Source: Candidatus Omnitrophota bacterium
Lineage (GTDB): Bacteria; Omnitrophota; Gorgyraeia; 1-14-0-20-64-10
Length of the DNA stretch: 64,000 bases
Assembly (NCBI GenBank): GCA_023248155.1
Contig: JAHFFE010000001.1
Span: forward strand, 212,873 to 276,872
Direction: 5' to 3'
The translations under genes were made by a program, and so were the position numbers. The notes under the pieces were generated by a model. It made no database searches and was not told where the DNA came from. It worked only from the letters and a program-made list of their open reading frames with translations. Shown one piece after another: positions 19,822 through 27,957 of this stretch (its first letter is position 1; each line of letters opens with the position of its first letter).

Positions 19822-20561
19822 CTCGTTCCTCCGGCGACGCGCGCGGCGGTGATCACAAAAACCGATTTTGCCCCCGCTTGTTTGAGCGCTTTCGCGCAAG
19901 CGTCGGCGGTGGCGCCGGTGGTCAGCACATCATCGACCAGCAAAACGGTTTTGCCCGCTGTTTCAGACGGCCCTAAAAGTTCGATAGTGCCAACCAGGTT
20001 ATTCAGCCGATCCCGCCGGGAGAGAGATGCCTGGGCGGCGGCCGGCTGATTCCGGACGAGCAGCGCGTCAGCCGGGCGTCCGTACAGCTTTTGAGCGACC
20101 GCGTCAGCCAGCCGTTCGGCCTGGTTGTATCCCCGTTCGCGCCGCCGGGTTTCATGCATCGGAATCGCGATCACCCGGTCGAACGCAAAATCGTTCCAGC
20201 ATTGGCGAACTTGAGCGGCCATATGGCCCGCCAAGAAGCCGATCAGCGCGTGCCGGCCGCGGTATTTTAAATCGGCGATAAAATCCGGAAGCGGTTTTTC
20301 ATAGAGGAAGACACTGCGTGCCTGGTCAAAAATGGGCGACGAATCGCGGCAGCCGCCGCAGAGATCAATTCCGGCGCCTAAGTTTCGCAGGCTTACGCCG
20401 CAGCGCAGGCAGAGCGGAGCCCGGTTCCATGGAAGCCGCGGCAGACAGCGCGCGCAGACGGGGGCTTCTTCGGGGTTTTCCACCGCGGCACCGCACTCCG
20501 CGCACGAAGCTGGGAACAGCAGGGAGTATCCACCCCGGAGAAATTCGCTGGCAAGCCGCAT
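19818..20561 (-). CDS. comF: ComF-family protein (phosphoribosyltransferase domain)
   Basis: N-terminal Cys cluster (CAECGAAV...CARC...CLRCG...CGGC) plus C-terminal PRTase motif VLLVDDVLTTGAT. Confidence 0.8.
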   Translation of the reverse strand: MRLASEFLRGGYSLLFPASCAECGAAVENPEEAPVCARCLPRLPWNRAPLCLRCGVSLRNLGAGIDLCGGCRDSSPIFDQARSVFLYEKPLPDFIADLKYRGRHALIGFLAGHMAAQVRQCWNDFAFDRVIAIPMHETRRRERGYNQAERLADAVAQKLYGRPADALLVRNQPAAAQASLSRRDRLNNLVGTIELLGPSETAGKTVLLVDDVLTTGATADACAKALKQAGAKSVFVITAARVAGGTR

Positions 20562-20604
20562 GATTGGCAGAATAGCATCCGGCTGACGCGGGTGTCAACG
20601 AACG

Positions 20605-20632
20605 CTTGACGCGGCCTATTTATTGGTATAAT
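20605..20632 (+). promoter_or_regulatory. Sigma70-type promoter (TTGAC-N16-TATAAT) for the 20696 gene
   Basis: cTTGAC 20605-20610 and TATAAT 20627-20632; strong SD AAGAGGAGG before the ATG at 20696. Confidence 0.5.
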
Positions 20633-20695
20633 AAAGCGATCCTTAGAAACGCCCGTTTCTTTAACCCGATTTTTTAAGAGGAGGTTTGAATAGCA

Positions 20696-21175
20696 ATGCG
20701 TCGTATGATGGTTTTACTTGGAATCTTTGTTTGGATGTTGAATGGAGTTTCGGTTGCGATGGCCGAAGAAACTGGTTCTTCTGCGACATCGGATATGGCT
20801 GCCATGACCACCGCCGATATGGCTAATCCTCCGGCGGAAGAAGCCGCTCCCGTTGAGTCTGCCCCCGCCGAGTCGGCTCCAGTCGCTCCGGCGCCTGTCG
20901 CGATTACGCCGCCGGCTCTCAAGCCGATTACCATCACCTTCAGCGGTGAGGTAGTTTCCACAGATGTGGCTGCAAGCCAAATCACAATTCAGGACCGTTA
21001 TGGCGTTAAGAAAGAAATTGCCGTACCGGCCGAGGCCAGAATCAGCCAGGGCGCCAATTCCAAGACCTTGGGTGATTTAAAAGCCGCCGACAAAGTGACC
21101 GTGGAGTATACCTACGATGTTGCTTCGAACAAGCGGACGGCCCAGACGATTTCTCTAGGCGAAGCGGCTTCGTAA
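20696..21175 (+). CDS. Secreted hypothetical protein with Ala/Pro-rich linker
   Basis: Signal peptide MRRMMVLLGIFVWMLNGVSVAMA, low-complexity PAEEAAPVESAPAESAPVAPAPVAITPP linker, ~80-aa C-terminal domain; own promoter, SD and terminator. Confidence 0.6.
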   Translation: MRRMMVLLGIFVWMLNGVSVAMAEETGSSATSDMAAMTTADMANPPAEEAAPVESAPAESAPVAPAPVAITPPALKPITITFSGEVVSTDVAASQITIQDRYGVKKEIAVPAEARISQGANSKTLGDLKAADKVTVEYTYDVASNKRTAQTISLGEAAS

Positions 21176-21202
21176 GCTTTTTCGGAAATTGGTTTTACAA
21201 AA

Positions 21203-21236
21203 AGCCGGACAGGAAAAATCCTGTTCGGCTTTTTAT
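21203..21236 (+). terminator. Rho-independent terminator
   Basis: GCCGGACAGG-aaaaat-CCTGTTCGGC hairpin followed by TTTTTATTT. Confidence 0.65.
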
Positions 21237-21254
21237 TTGGATAGGACGGCTTGA

Positions 21255-22619
21255 ATGACGCCAAATCCGATCATTTTGGAAATAAAAACGCTTTCTCCCG
21301 ACGGGCTGGGTGTTGCCCAATGGGAAGGGAAAACCGTTTTGGTGCGCGATGCGCTGGCCGGCGAACAAGTCGAGGCGGAAATTATTCGCCGCCGGCGCGG
21401 CCAAACGGAAGCAAAAACCCTGCGCGTGATCGTTCCGGCCCAAGACCGCGTTTCTCCGCGCTGCGCCCATTTCGGCATTTGCGGCGGATGCAAACTTCAG
21501 CACCTTAGCTACGATTCACAAGTTGAGTGGAAAGGCCGCTGGCTCGGAAATTTATTCCGCGCCGAACTGCCGGGCCAAATCGATGTTCCGCTTGAACGCG
21601 TCGCGATGGAAGACCCCTGGCAATACCGCGGCAAGATGGAATTTTCTTTTTCTCCGGAAGAGGGCCGACTGGGACTGGGACTTCACCGCAGCGGAAGTTT
21701 TCAGCGCGTTGTGAATCTGAAGGAATGCCCGATCGCGCCCGATGTGGTTTCGGCGCTGTTGCCGGTGATTCGCGCGGCGGCCGAGGCGTCGGGGCAGCCG
21801 GCCTACGACACCCGCCGCTGCGAGGGGTTCTGGCGCCACGCGGTGGTGCGCGTTTCGCGCAGCGCGCAGACGGCGATGGTGACCATCGTTACGCGCGAAG
21901 GTCCTGCCGAATGGATGGAACCGATGGTTCGCATGATTCGCGAACAGGTCCCGCAGGTCAAAGCGTTATTTTGGGGAATTTCCAACCGCATTTCCGATGT
22001 CGCCTACGCCGAAAAAATGACCCAATTATTCGGCGATGATCATTTGGAAGATCAGATCGGCGCGGTCCGGTTTCATTTCGGCCCGACGCAGTTTGTTCAG
22101 CCAAATCGTCTTCTCGCCGAGGCGGCCTATCAGGCAATCCGCGAAAATTGCCGGCTGACCGGAAATGAAACGGTCTATGATCTTTATTGCGGCATGGGGT
22201 TGATCAGTCTGGCGCTGGCGCCGTTTGCGCGCGCCGTTTATGGAGTCGAATCGGAGAGTGACAATGTGGCGCTGGCCGAGCAGAACGCCGCGCTCAACGG
22301 CATTACCAACGCGTCGTTTATCTGCGGGAAAACCGAAGATCTTTTACGCGGCGGCGCCATTTTTAAGTTGGGCGGGAAGCCGGATCGGATTGTGCTGGAC
22401 CCGCCGCGCGCCGGACTGCATGGCGACAGCATCGCGCCGGTGTTGCAGGCGCGCGCGCCGCGGATCGTTTATCTTTCGTGCAATCCGAAAACGCTGGTCA
22501 ACGATTTAAAAGCGATGCTCAAGCGCGATCCAGCCTACCGCGTCGAGCGCGTGCAGTGGTTTGATTTTTTTCCGCATACCATCCATATGGAAACGCTCGT
22601 CACGCTCGTCCGCCGCTAA
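21255..22619 (+). CDS. rlmD: 23S rRNA (uracil-5-)-methyltransferase RlmD/RumA (TRAM + SAM-MTase)
   Basis: N-terminal TRAM domain, 4Fe-4S cysteines (CAHFGICGGCKLQHL), C-terminal SAM methyltransferase with DPPRAGL motif. Confidence 0.88.
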   Translation: MTPNPIILEIKTLSPDGLGVAQWEGKTVLVRDALAGEQVEAEIIRRRRGQTEAKTLRVIVPAQDRVSPRCAHFGICGGCKLQHLSYDSQVEWKGRWLGNLFRAELPGQIDVPLERVAMEDPWQYRGKMEFSFSPEEGRLGLGLHRSGSFQRVVNLKECPIAPDVVSALLPVIRAAAEASGQPAYDTRRCEGFWRHAVVRVSRSAQTAMVTIVTREGPAEWMEPMVRMIREQVPQVKALFWGISNRISDVAYAEKMTQLFGDDHLEDQIGAVRFHFGPTQFVQPNRLLAEAAYQAIRENCRLTGNETVYDLYCGMGLISLALAPFARAVYGVESESDNVALAEQNAALNGITNASFICGKTEDLLRGGAIFKLGGKPDRIVLDPPRAGLHGDSIAPVLQARAPRIVYLSCNPKTLVNDLKAMLKRDPAYRVERVQWFDFFPHTIHMETLVTLVRR

Positions 22620-22620
22620 G

Positions 22621-23048
22621 CCACTCGCTTCTTCACGCTTCCGTCAGGCAACCTGTGTTTCGAGTCGGCTCGGGCATGGGAGCCGTGGACACGCTCGGAA
22701 TCGACTACCGATTCCGTCGCTCTGTCTCCGGCCTTGCCGAAGAACAATTCGTTTCGGCCTCCGCCAAGGTCCACTTGCCCCATATCCCGATCCGCCTCTT
22801 ACCACGCATGAGTTAGAGTGAGAGCCACGAAGGGGTCCCGGAGCTTCGAGCGATTCCGTGCAGGATAAGGCTGAGCAGGCACTGGAAACCCTGAGCGGGC
22901 ATGGTTCTCCGTCGAAGACGGAGAGAGCGAAGGGTTGACCGTAGTGCAGCGAGACTCGCAGGGGCGAGCAAGCGGCCTGCGAACGCCTTGCCTGACGGAA
23001 GCGCGAAGAAGCGTACCGTGTCCACGGTCCCCATGCCCGGGCCGACTC
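22621..23048. repeat. ORF-less intergenic block with two long crossing complementary segment pairs (possible structured RNA or rearrangement scar)
   Basis: A: 22626-22651 pairs with 22988-23013 (26 nt, 1 mismatch). B: 22662-22693 pairs with 23017-23048 (32 nt, 1 mismatch + 2 GU). The order is A,B...A',B' (crossing), plus internal hairpins at 22696-22716 and ~22910-22922. Confidence 0.5.
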
Positions 23049-23114
23049 TAAATTAATAGTGAGCGAGAAAACGGGTTTGAATTCGCGGGTCGGGAACTTT
23101 ACAATAGAGGGACG

Positions 23115-23615
23115 ATGCGCGCTGACAACAATTACAAAGAATCCAAAATTTTCTCGCTGGTGCTGATACCGCTCTTAAGTCAGTATGTGCTGACGCTGGA
23201 AGAAGTGGGGGGTCAGCGGCTGATTCCGATCTGGATCGGCATCAACGAGGGCAACGCCATCGGCGTTTATCTGCAGGGCGAAAAAATTCCGCGCCCGATG
23301 ACGCATGATCTGATGGCCAACTTTTTGAAAATCCTGGGCGCGCGCGTTGAACGGATTCTGATTTCTGATTTAAAGGACGGCACGTATTACGCGACGGTCG
23401 GGTTGACGTCCGGCAACCAGCGGTTCGAGATCGACGCCCGGCCTTCCGACGCGCTGGCGCTGGCTGTGCGCACCGACAGCCCGATTCTTGTCAGTGAAAA
23501 AGTTCTGAAGAAATGCCCGGTCATCATGAAGCCGATCAGCGATGAGGAAGTGGATCGCTTCAAGAAACAGCTGGAAGTGCTGAAACCGGAAGATTTCTTT
23601 AAAGGTCTTGAGTAG
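23115..23615 (+). CDS. Bifunctional nuclease family protein (BFN/DUF151)
   Basis: MTHDLMANFLKILGARVERILISDLKDGTYYATVGLTSGNQRFEIDARPSDALALAVR is characteristic of the BFN domain. Confidence 0.75.
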   Translation: MRADNNYKESKIFSLVLIPLLSQYVLTLEEVGGQRLIPIWIGINEGNAIGVYLQGEKIPRPMTHDLMANFLKILGARVERILISDLKDGTYYATVGLTSGNQRFEIDARPSDALALAVRTDSPILVSEKVLKKCPVIMKPISDEEVDRFKKQLEVLKPEDFFKGLE

Positions 23616-24000
23616 AACCGCCCTGCTCCAGCCGCTTTGAAATGCCCAAGCCGATCTGCTGAGCGATATCCACTTTCGGGAGCAGGTGCTTTCGCGCGCG
23701 CACCGTGACGCGGACCGCCGAGGGGGTTAACTGCTTGAGTGTGATTGCCACATCGGCATCCTGAACCAGCGCGGCGATCCGGCCGTGGTTCAAATCTTCT
23801 TTCTTGATCAACCCCTGCGATTTGGCTTCTTCCAGCGCCGCCTGCCAGACTTCCATCCAGGGCTTTTCCAGCGTCAGTACCATCGAATCCCGGCTGATGG
23901 CGTACCCGGCGGCGGCACCCGTGACAATCAGCATCGGCGCGCATCCGAACAACCCGGTCATCATTCCTGCGCACAAAGTAGCGGCGAGAATTTTTCGCAT
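23599..24000 (-). CDS. Putative lipoprotein (hypothetical)
   Basis: Signal peptide with lipobox (MRKILAATLCAGMMTGLFGC); convergent, 17-nt overlap with the nuclease gene. Confidence 0.5.
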   Translation of the reverse strand: MRKILAATLCAGMMTGLFGCAPMLIVTGAAAGYAISRDSMVLTLEKPWMEVWQAALEEAKSQGLIKKEDLNHGRIAALVQDADVAITLKQLTPSAVRVTVRARKHLLPKVDIAQQIGLGISKRLEQGGSTQDL

Positions 24001-24055
24001 CAGGTATACTCCTTAAAGTAGAGTCTGTCGTTCATTGTACCCGAGAGGGAATCCA

Positions 24056-26170
24056 ATGACAACCATCGCAAAACTGCAGAAAGAATGGAAACAGCCGTCG
24101 CTGCTGGAGCGGCTTAAGCCGGTGATTTTAGACGGCGCGGTTTGCTCCGATCTGAAACGGGCCGCTTCGCGCGAATGGGTGATTACCAACGGCATCGGCG
24201 GGTATGCTTCGTCCACGGTGGCCGGTATGAATACGCGCCGTTCCCATGGACTTCTGGTGGCTGCGATGAACCCGCCCGTCGGACGAATGGTCATCCTTTC
24301 CAAGGTAGAGGAAGAACTGGTGCTGCCGCATTCCCGCCAGATGCTTTCGGTCAATCAGTACGGCTCCGACGTCATTCACCCCGAGGGTTTCCGATACTTG
24401 ACGCAGTTTCGTCTGGATCCTTGGCCGGTGTTTGTTTACCGTACGTCGGAATGCGTTTTGGAAAAATCGGTCTGGATGCTTCCGGGTGAAAACGCGACGG
24501 TGATCGGTTACCGGATTCTGCAGGCGCCTTCTCCGGTTGAATTATGGGTCCGCCCGCTGGTGGCGCTGCGCGATTTCCGCGATTTGCGCCATGAACGGAC
24601 CAGCCCTCCGCCGTCGTGCGAGCAGGGTCCGGACTGGGTCGCCGTCCGGATGCAGCCCGGGCTTCCGGAGTGCTGGATTCATCACAATGCTGAGTGGGTC
24701 GAGTGGGCTGCCTGCTGGTACAAAAATTTTGAATACGCCGAGGAACGCAGTTTGGGACCGATGACCGGGTATCGGAAAACAGACCTCAACTGGAGCCGCG
24801 AAGATCTCTGGTCGTTCGGAAATTTACGCTATCTATTAAAAGAAGGCGAGACCGGTTTTTTGGTGGCATCGACCGGACGGCAGGGAATGGGTGATTTTTC
24901 GTTTCACGCGCGGCGCGTGGAAAATACGCAGGCCGTTCTGGCGCAGTCGATCCGTCCGCCCGGTAAGGGACCGCTGGCGACGCGGCTTTCCTGGACCGCC
25001 GACTCATTCGTTGTGCGGCGGCGGGCCGATTCGGTTTCCGGCCGGCATTCGGCCCGAACCGATTTAATGGCCGGATGGCCCTGGTTCACGCCGTGGGGAC
25101 GCGACGCGCTGGTGGCCCTGCCGGGGCTTACCTTGTCGACGGGGCGGCCGGAACTGGCGCGCGAAATTTTACAGACATTGGTTTCACACATGCGCGGCGG
25201 GCTGATCCCGGTTCGTTTTTCGGAAGCGGATGCCACGCCCCAGTATGATTCAGCCGATACCGCGCTCTGGTTTTTTTGGGCCGTCTGGCATTACTGGCAA
25301 AAAACGGACGATTTGAAATTTATCCGCAAATCGTTGTGGGACCCGATGCGCGAAATCATTCAAGCCTATTTGCGCGGCACCGGATTTGGCATCACTGCCG
25401 GAGAAGACGGACTGATCGACCTGTCGGACCCGGACCGGCCTCTGACCTGGATGGACGCGCGGTTGCCCTCCGACGAAGAAGAAGTTCTGCCCGGCCTGGC
25501 GGTTACGCCGCGTTCCGGCAAACCGGTGGAAGTCAACGCGCTCTGGTACTGCGCGCTGGAAATCATGGCGCACCTGGCCGATGAAATCGGTTTTCACAAG
25601 TCGGGCGTCTACGCGCGGTTCCGCGGAAAAATCCGCCGCTCGTTCATGCAGCAGTTCTGGTCGGAGCCCGAACAATTTTTGTACGACCGCGTCACGCCGC
25701 AGGGGCCGGACCGGTCGATCCGGCCGAATATGCTGATCGCGGCCAGCCTTCCGTTCACGCCGCTGACGCGCCGCCAGATCGCGGCCATCGTCGCGTTAAC
25801 GCGCCAACAGCTGCTCACGCCGTCGGGCGTTCGCACGCTGACGCCGCTGGATTCCCGGTACCGGGGCCGGTACGAGGGTGATTTTTCGGCGAGGGCCGAG
25901 GCCTATCATCAGGGAACTGTCTGGACCTGGTTAATCGGACCTTATGTATCCGCCGCGTTGAAAGCGGCCGGTAACGCCGCGTCCGAACGCCGCCGGCTGG
26001 CCGACGGCCTGCGGCCGTTTTCGGCTTATCTGCAACAGGGCTGCCTCGGATCTCTGCCGGAACTGTTTGACGGCGATTCGCCCCATCGTTCGCGCGGAGG
26101 CCCTTCGCAGGCCTGGTCGGTGGGCGAGATGCTGCGCGCGATTGAGCAAACCGGCGTTTCTGATTTGTAA
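24056..26170 (+). CDS. Glycogen debranching enzyme (GDE N-terminal domain + amylo-alpha-1,6-glucosidase, archaeal type)
   Basis: ITNGIGGYASSTVAGMNTRRSHGLLVAA (GDE_N) and a C-terminal six-hairpin amylo-1,6-glucosidase region; start taken at Met8 (24056) with SD GAGAGGGAA. Confidence 0.8.
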   Translation: MTTIAKLQKEWKQPSLLERLKPVILDGAVCSDLKRAASREWVITNGIGGYASSTVAGMNTRRSHGLLVAAMNPPVGRMVILSKVEEELVLPHSRQMLSVNQYGSDVIHPEGFRYLTQFRLDPWPVFVYRTSECVLEKSVWMLPGENATVIGYRILQAPSPVELWVRPLVALRDFRDLRHERTSPPPSCEQGPDWVAVRMQPGLPECWIHHNAEWVEWAACWYKNFEYAEERSLGPMTGYRKTDLNWSREDLWSFGNLRYLLKEGETGFLVASTGRQGMGDFSFHARRVENTQAVLAQSIRPPGKGPLATRLSWTADSFVVRRRADSVSGRHSARTDLMAGWPWFTPWGRDALVALPGLTLSTGRPELAREILQTLVSHMRGGLIPVRFSEADATPQYDSADTALWFFWAVWHYWQKTDDLKFIRKSLWDPMREIIQAYLRGTGFGITAGEDGLIDLSDPDRPLTWMDARLPSDEEEVLPGLAVTPRSGKPVEVNALWYCALEIMAHLADEIGFHKSGVYARFRGKIRRSFMQQFWSEPEQFLYDRVTPQGPDRSIRPNMLIAASLPFTPLTRRQIAAIVALTRQQLLTPSGVRTLTPLDSRYRGRYEGDFSARAEAYHQGTVWTWLIGPYVSAALKAAGNAASERRRLADGLRPFSAYLQQGCLGSLPELFDGDSPHRSRGGPSQAWSVGEMLRAIEQTGVSDL

Positions 26171-26193
26171 TTTCAAAATCAGATAGGTATACT
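26165..26193 (+). promoter_or_regulatory. Putative promoter (TTGTAA-N17-TATACT) giving a leaderless transcript for the pseudopilin gene
   Basis: TATACT 26188-26193, only 6 nt before ATG 26200; -35-like TTGTAA overlaps the upstream stop codon. Confidence 0.4.
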
Positions 26194-26199
26194 TAAATT

Positions 26200-26736
26200 A
26201 TGAGGCAGACTTCTTCATTCAAGCGGCGCGGGCAGTCCGGTGTTTCGCTGCTGGAGTTGATTGTCGCCACGGCGATCGTCGGCATTGTCAGTTTAGCTGT
26301 CGCTACGATCTACACCACTGCCAACCGCTACATGCTTCAGGATTTCAATTCCTCTAATGCGCAGAGCGAAGCTTCGTTCGCGCTGGAGCATATCAAGAAA
26401 TTTGTGCAGTTGGCCACCGCGATTGACAATGCGACTCTGCCGGTTGGCGGAAATTCAAACGCGCTGCAGTTTACCTGGACGAATCGAGAACCTCCCAGCA
26501 CCGGCGCATTGGTTACGCGCACTTCCCGCTATGAAATCCAGGCCGGGAATTTGGTTTTTATACAAGATACTACGGTGGGTGCCGCGGAACAATTGGCGAG
26601 GGGAGTCTCGGCCATTGAGTTTACGCGTCCGTTGGCCGGAAGCATCGCGGTTGATTTGACCGTTAATGTCAACGCGGTTACCGGCACCCGGCAGCAGCGG
26701 CTTCAAACCACGGTGAATCCTCGAGGCGTGGCATAA
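26200..26736 (+). CDS. Prepilin-type N-terminal cleavage/methylation domain protein (type IV pilin / pseudopilin)
   Basis: Class III signal: KRRGQSG|VSLLELIVATAIVGIVSLAV with Glu at +5. Confidence 0.8.
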   Translation: MRQTSSFKRRGQSGVSLLELIVATAIVGIVSLAVATIYTTANRYMLQDFNSSNAQSEASFALEHIKKFVQLATAIDNATLPVGGNSNALQFTWTNREPPSTGALVTRTSRYEIQAGNLVFIQDTTVGAAEQLARGVSAIEFTRPLAGSIAVDLTVNVNAVTGTRQQRLQTTVNPRGVA

Positions 26737-26750
26737 AAGGAGAAAATAAT

Positions 26751-27281
26751 ATGCTTTCTACGCGCACATCGGAGCGCGGATCAGCGCTGGTGATTGCGAT
26801 GGCGGCCGCGGTGATTGTCTCGATCATCGTGGCGGTGGTGATGAATCTTTCCATCCGCCGGTTTGAACTGTCCGCGCAGCGCACCGACCACGAAGTGGCC
26901 AAGATGAGCAGTGAGGCGGGCTTGCAATATGTCTTCTCCCGGCTGGCCATCGATGACGCTGTTTTCGGAGCTGCGGTTCGGCTTAAAAGAACTTCGCTGG
27001 GGGCGGCAGCTGTTCCGTTGAATAACGCCGCCGCTGAATATGTGGTCACCTGTGACACGGCGCTGCCTGGGGGGTCCGATGAGGTGGATCAGCGCCTGCA
27101 TGTCGGCGCTAAGATCGATACGCAGGGCCCAGCCAGCCCGACGAACGGCCAATATGTCGGCGGCAAGCATGTGACGATTCGCGTACGGTTTTTGACGGCG
27201 AACGACTTTACGGCAAATCCGACTCTGGATGCGGCCCGGCCTTACCGGGTGAGGGTCGATACCAATTTCGCGGAGGGTTAA
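26751..27281 (+). CDS. PilX/GspK-like minor pseudopilin (N-terminal hydrophobic helix, no Glu+5)
   Basis: SERGSALVIAMAAAVIVSIIVAVVMNL N-terminal segment; position between two prepilin genes. Confidence 0.55.
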   Translation: MLSTRTSERGSALVIAMAAAVIVSIIVAVVMNLSIRRFELSAQRTDHEVAKMSSEAGLQYVFSRLAIDDAVFGAAVRLKRTSLGAAAVPLNNAAAEYVVTCDTALPGGSDEVDQRLHVGAKIDTQGPASPTNGQYVGGKHVTIRVRFLTANDFTANPTLDAARPYRVRVDTNFAEG

Positions 27282-27285
27282 ACCG

Positions 27286-27858
27286 ATGGGATCGCGCGAG
27301 AATCAAGAGGGCGTTTCGCTGCTGGAAGTGCTGATTTCCATGGTGATCATTACGATGGTGGCCGGCGGAATCATCACCGCGATGATCCAGAGCCGCCGCG
27401 TGACGATCCGTTCTTCGTCGGAACTCTCCACCGCGGGCCTGGTTTCGGAAGTTTCGGAAGCGCTGCGCTCGGCCGTCAACGGGCCGATTACCACCGGCCC
27501 ATTTACCGGATTTGATTTGACGAATCCTGGGATTTTTGCCGATGCCAATATGCAAAACCGTCCGGCCGGCGCTACCGCCGTTAACTCATTAATTCTGCCG
27601 GCTGATTTTAGAGATAAATTCCAAACCAGTGCCGGCACCGCTGCGACGATTGCCGGACATGGAGACGGGCGCTTGGTGGTGGTGGAGAACGCGCCAGTTG
27701 ACAACAACCCCGCCAACGGAACGATTGACGCGGCCGAGCTGGCTGCCGTCGATCTCGACGGAGACGGGCAGGCCGGCATCGATTTTGACAATGACGGCAT
27801 CACCGATTTGCGGCGCGTCCGCGTGAAAGTGAAATTTACCTCCCCGACATCCAGCTGA
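27286..27858 (+). CDS. Prepilin-type N-terminal cleavage/methylation domain protein (minor pilin)
   Basis: NQEG|VSLLEVLISMVIITMVAGGIITA with Glu at +5. Confidence 0.75.
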   Translation: MGSRENQEGVSLLEVLISMVIITMVAGGIITAMIQSRRVTIRSSSELSTAGLVSEVSEALRSAVNGPITTGPFTGFDLTNPGIFADANMQNRPAGATAVNSLILPADFRDKFQTSAGTAATIAGHGDGRLVVVENAPVDNNPANGTIDAAELAAVDLDGDGQAGIDFDNDGITDLRRVRVKVKFTSPTSS

Positions 27859-27957
27859 TTTCAACCTGAATTCCGCACCTTTTTTCTTGCCCACCGGGAA
27901 ACCCCCGTGTTAAAATCTATGCTTCTGCTAACGTTTAAAGAATAAAGGGTTATAACT

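Noticed and set aside
22561-23034. Small ORFs 22561..22821 (+, 86 aa) and 22813..23034 (-, 73 aa) in the intergenic block
   Set aside because: Low-complexity Arg/Ser/Leu-rich translations, no RBS, and they overlap the complementary segments. They are most likely non-coding.
22621-23048. Considered RNase P RNA, tmRNA or a group II intron fragment for the structured intergenic block
   Set aside because: Hallmark motifs are absent on either strand: no GGAAAGUCCGGGCUCC / ACAGAACCCGGCUUA (RNase P), no tRNA-like T-arm or tag reading frame (tmRNA), no GUGYG start or domain V consensus. The 26- and 32-bp near-perfect helices are also longer than those RNAs use.
22621-23048. Considered a MITE with terminal inverted repeats
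   Set aside because: The complementary segments are arranged A,B...A',B' rather than A,B...B',A', so they are not simple terminal inverted repeats. This is kept as an open finding rather than called a mobile element.
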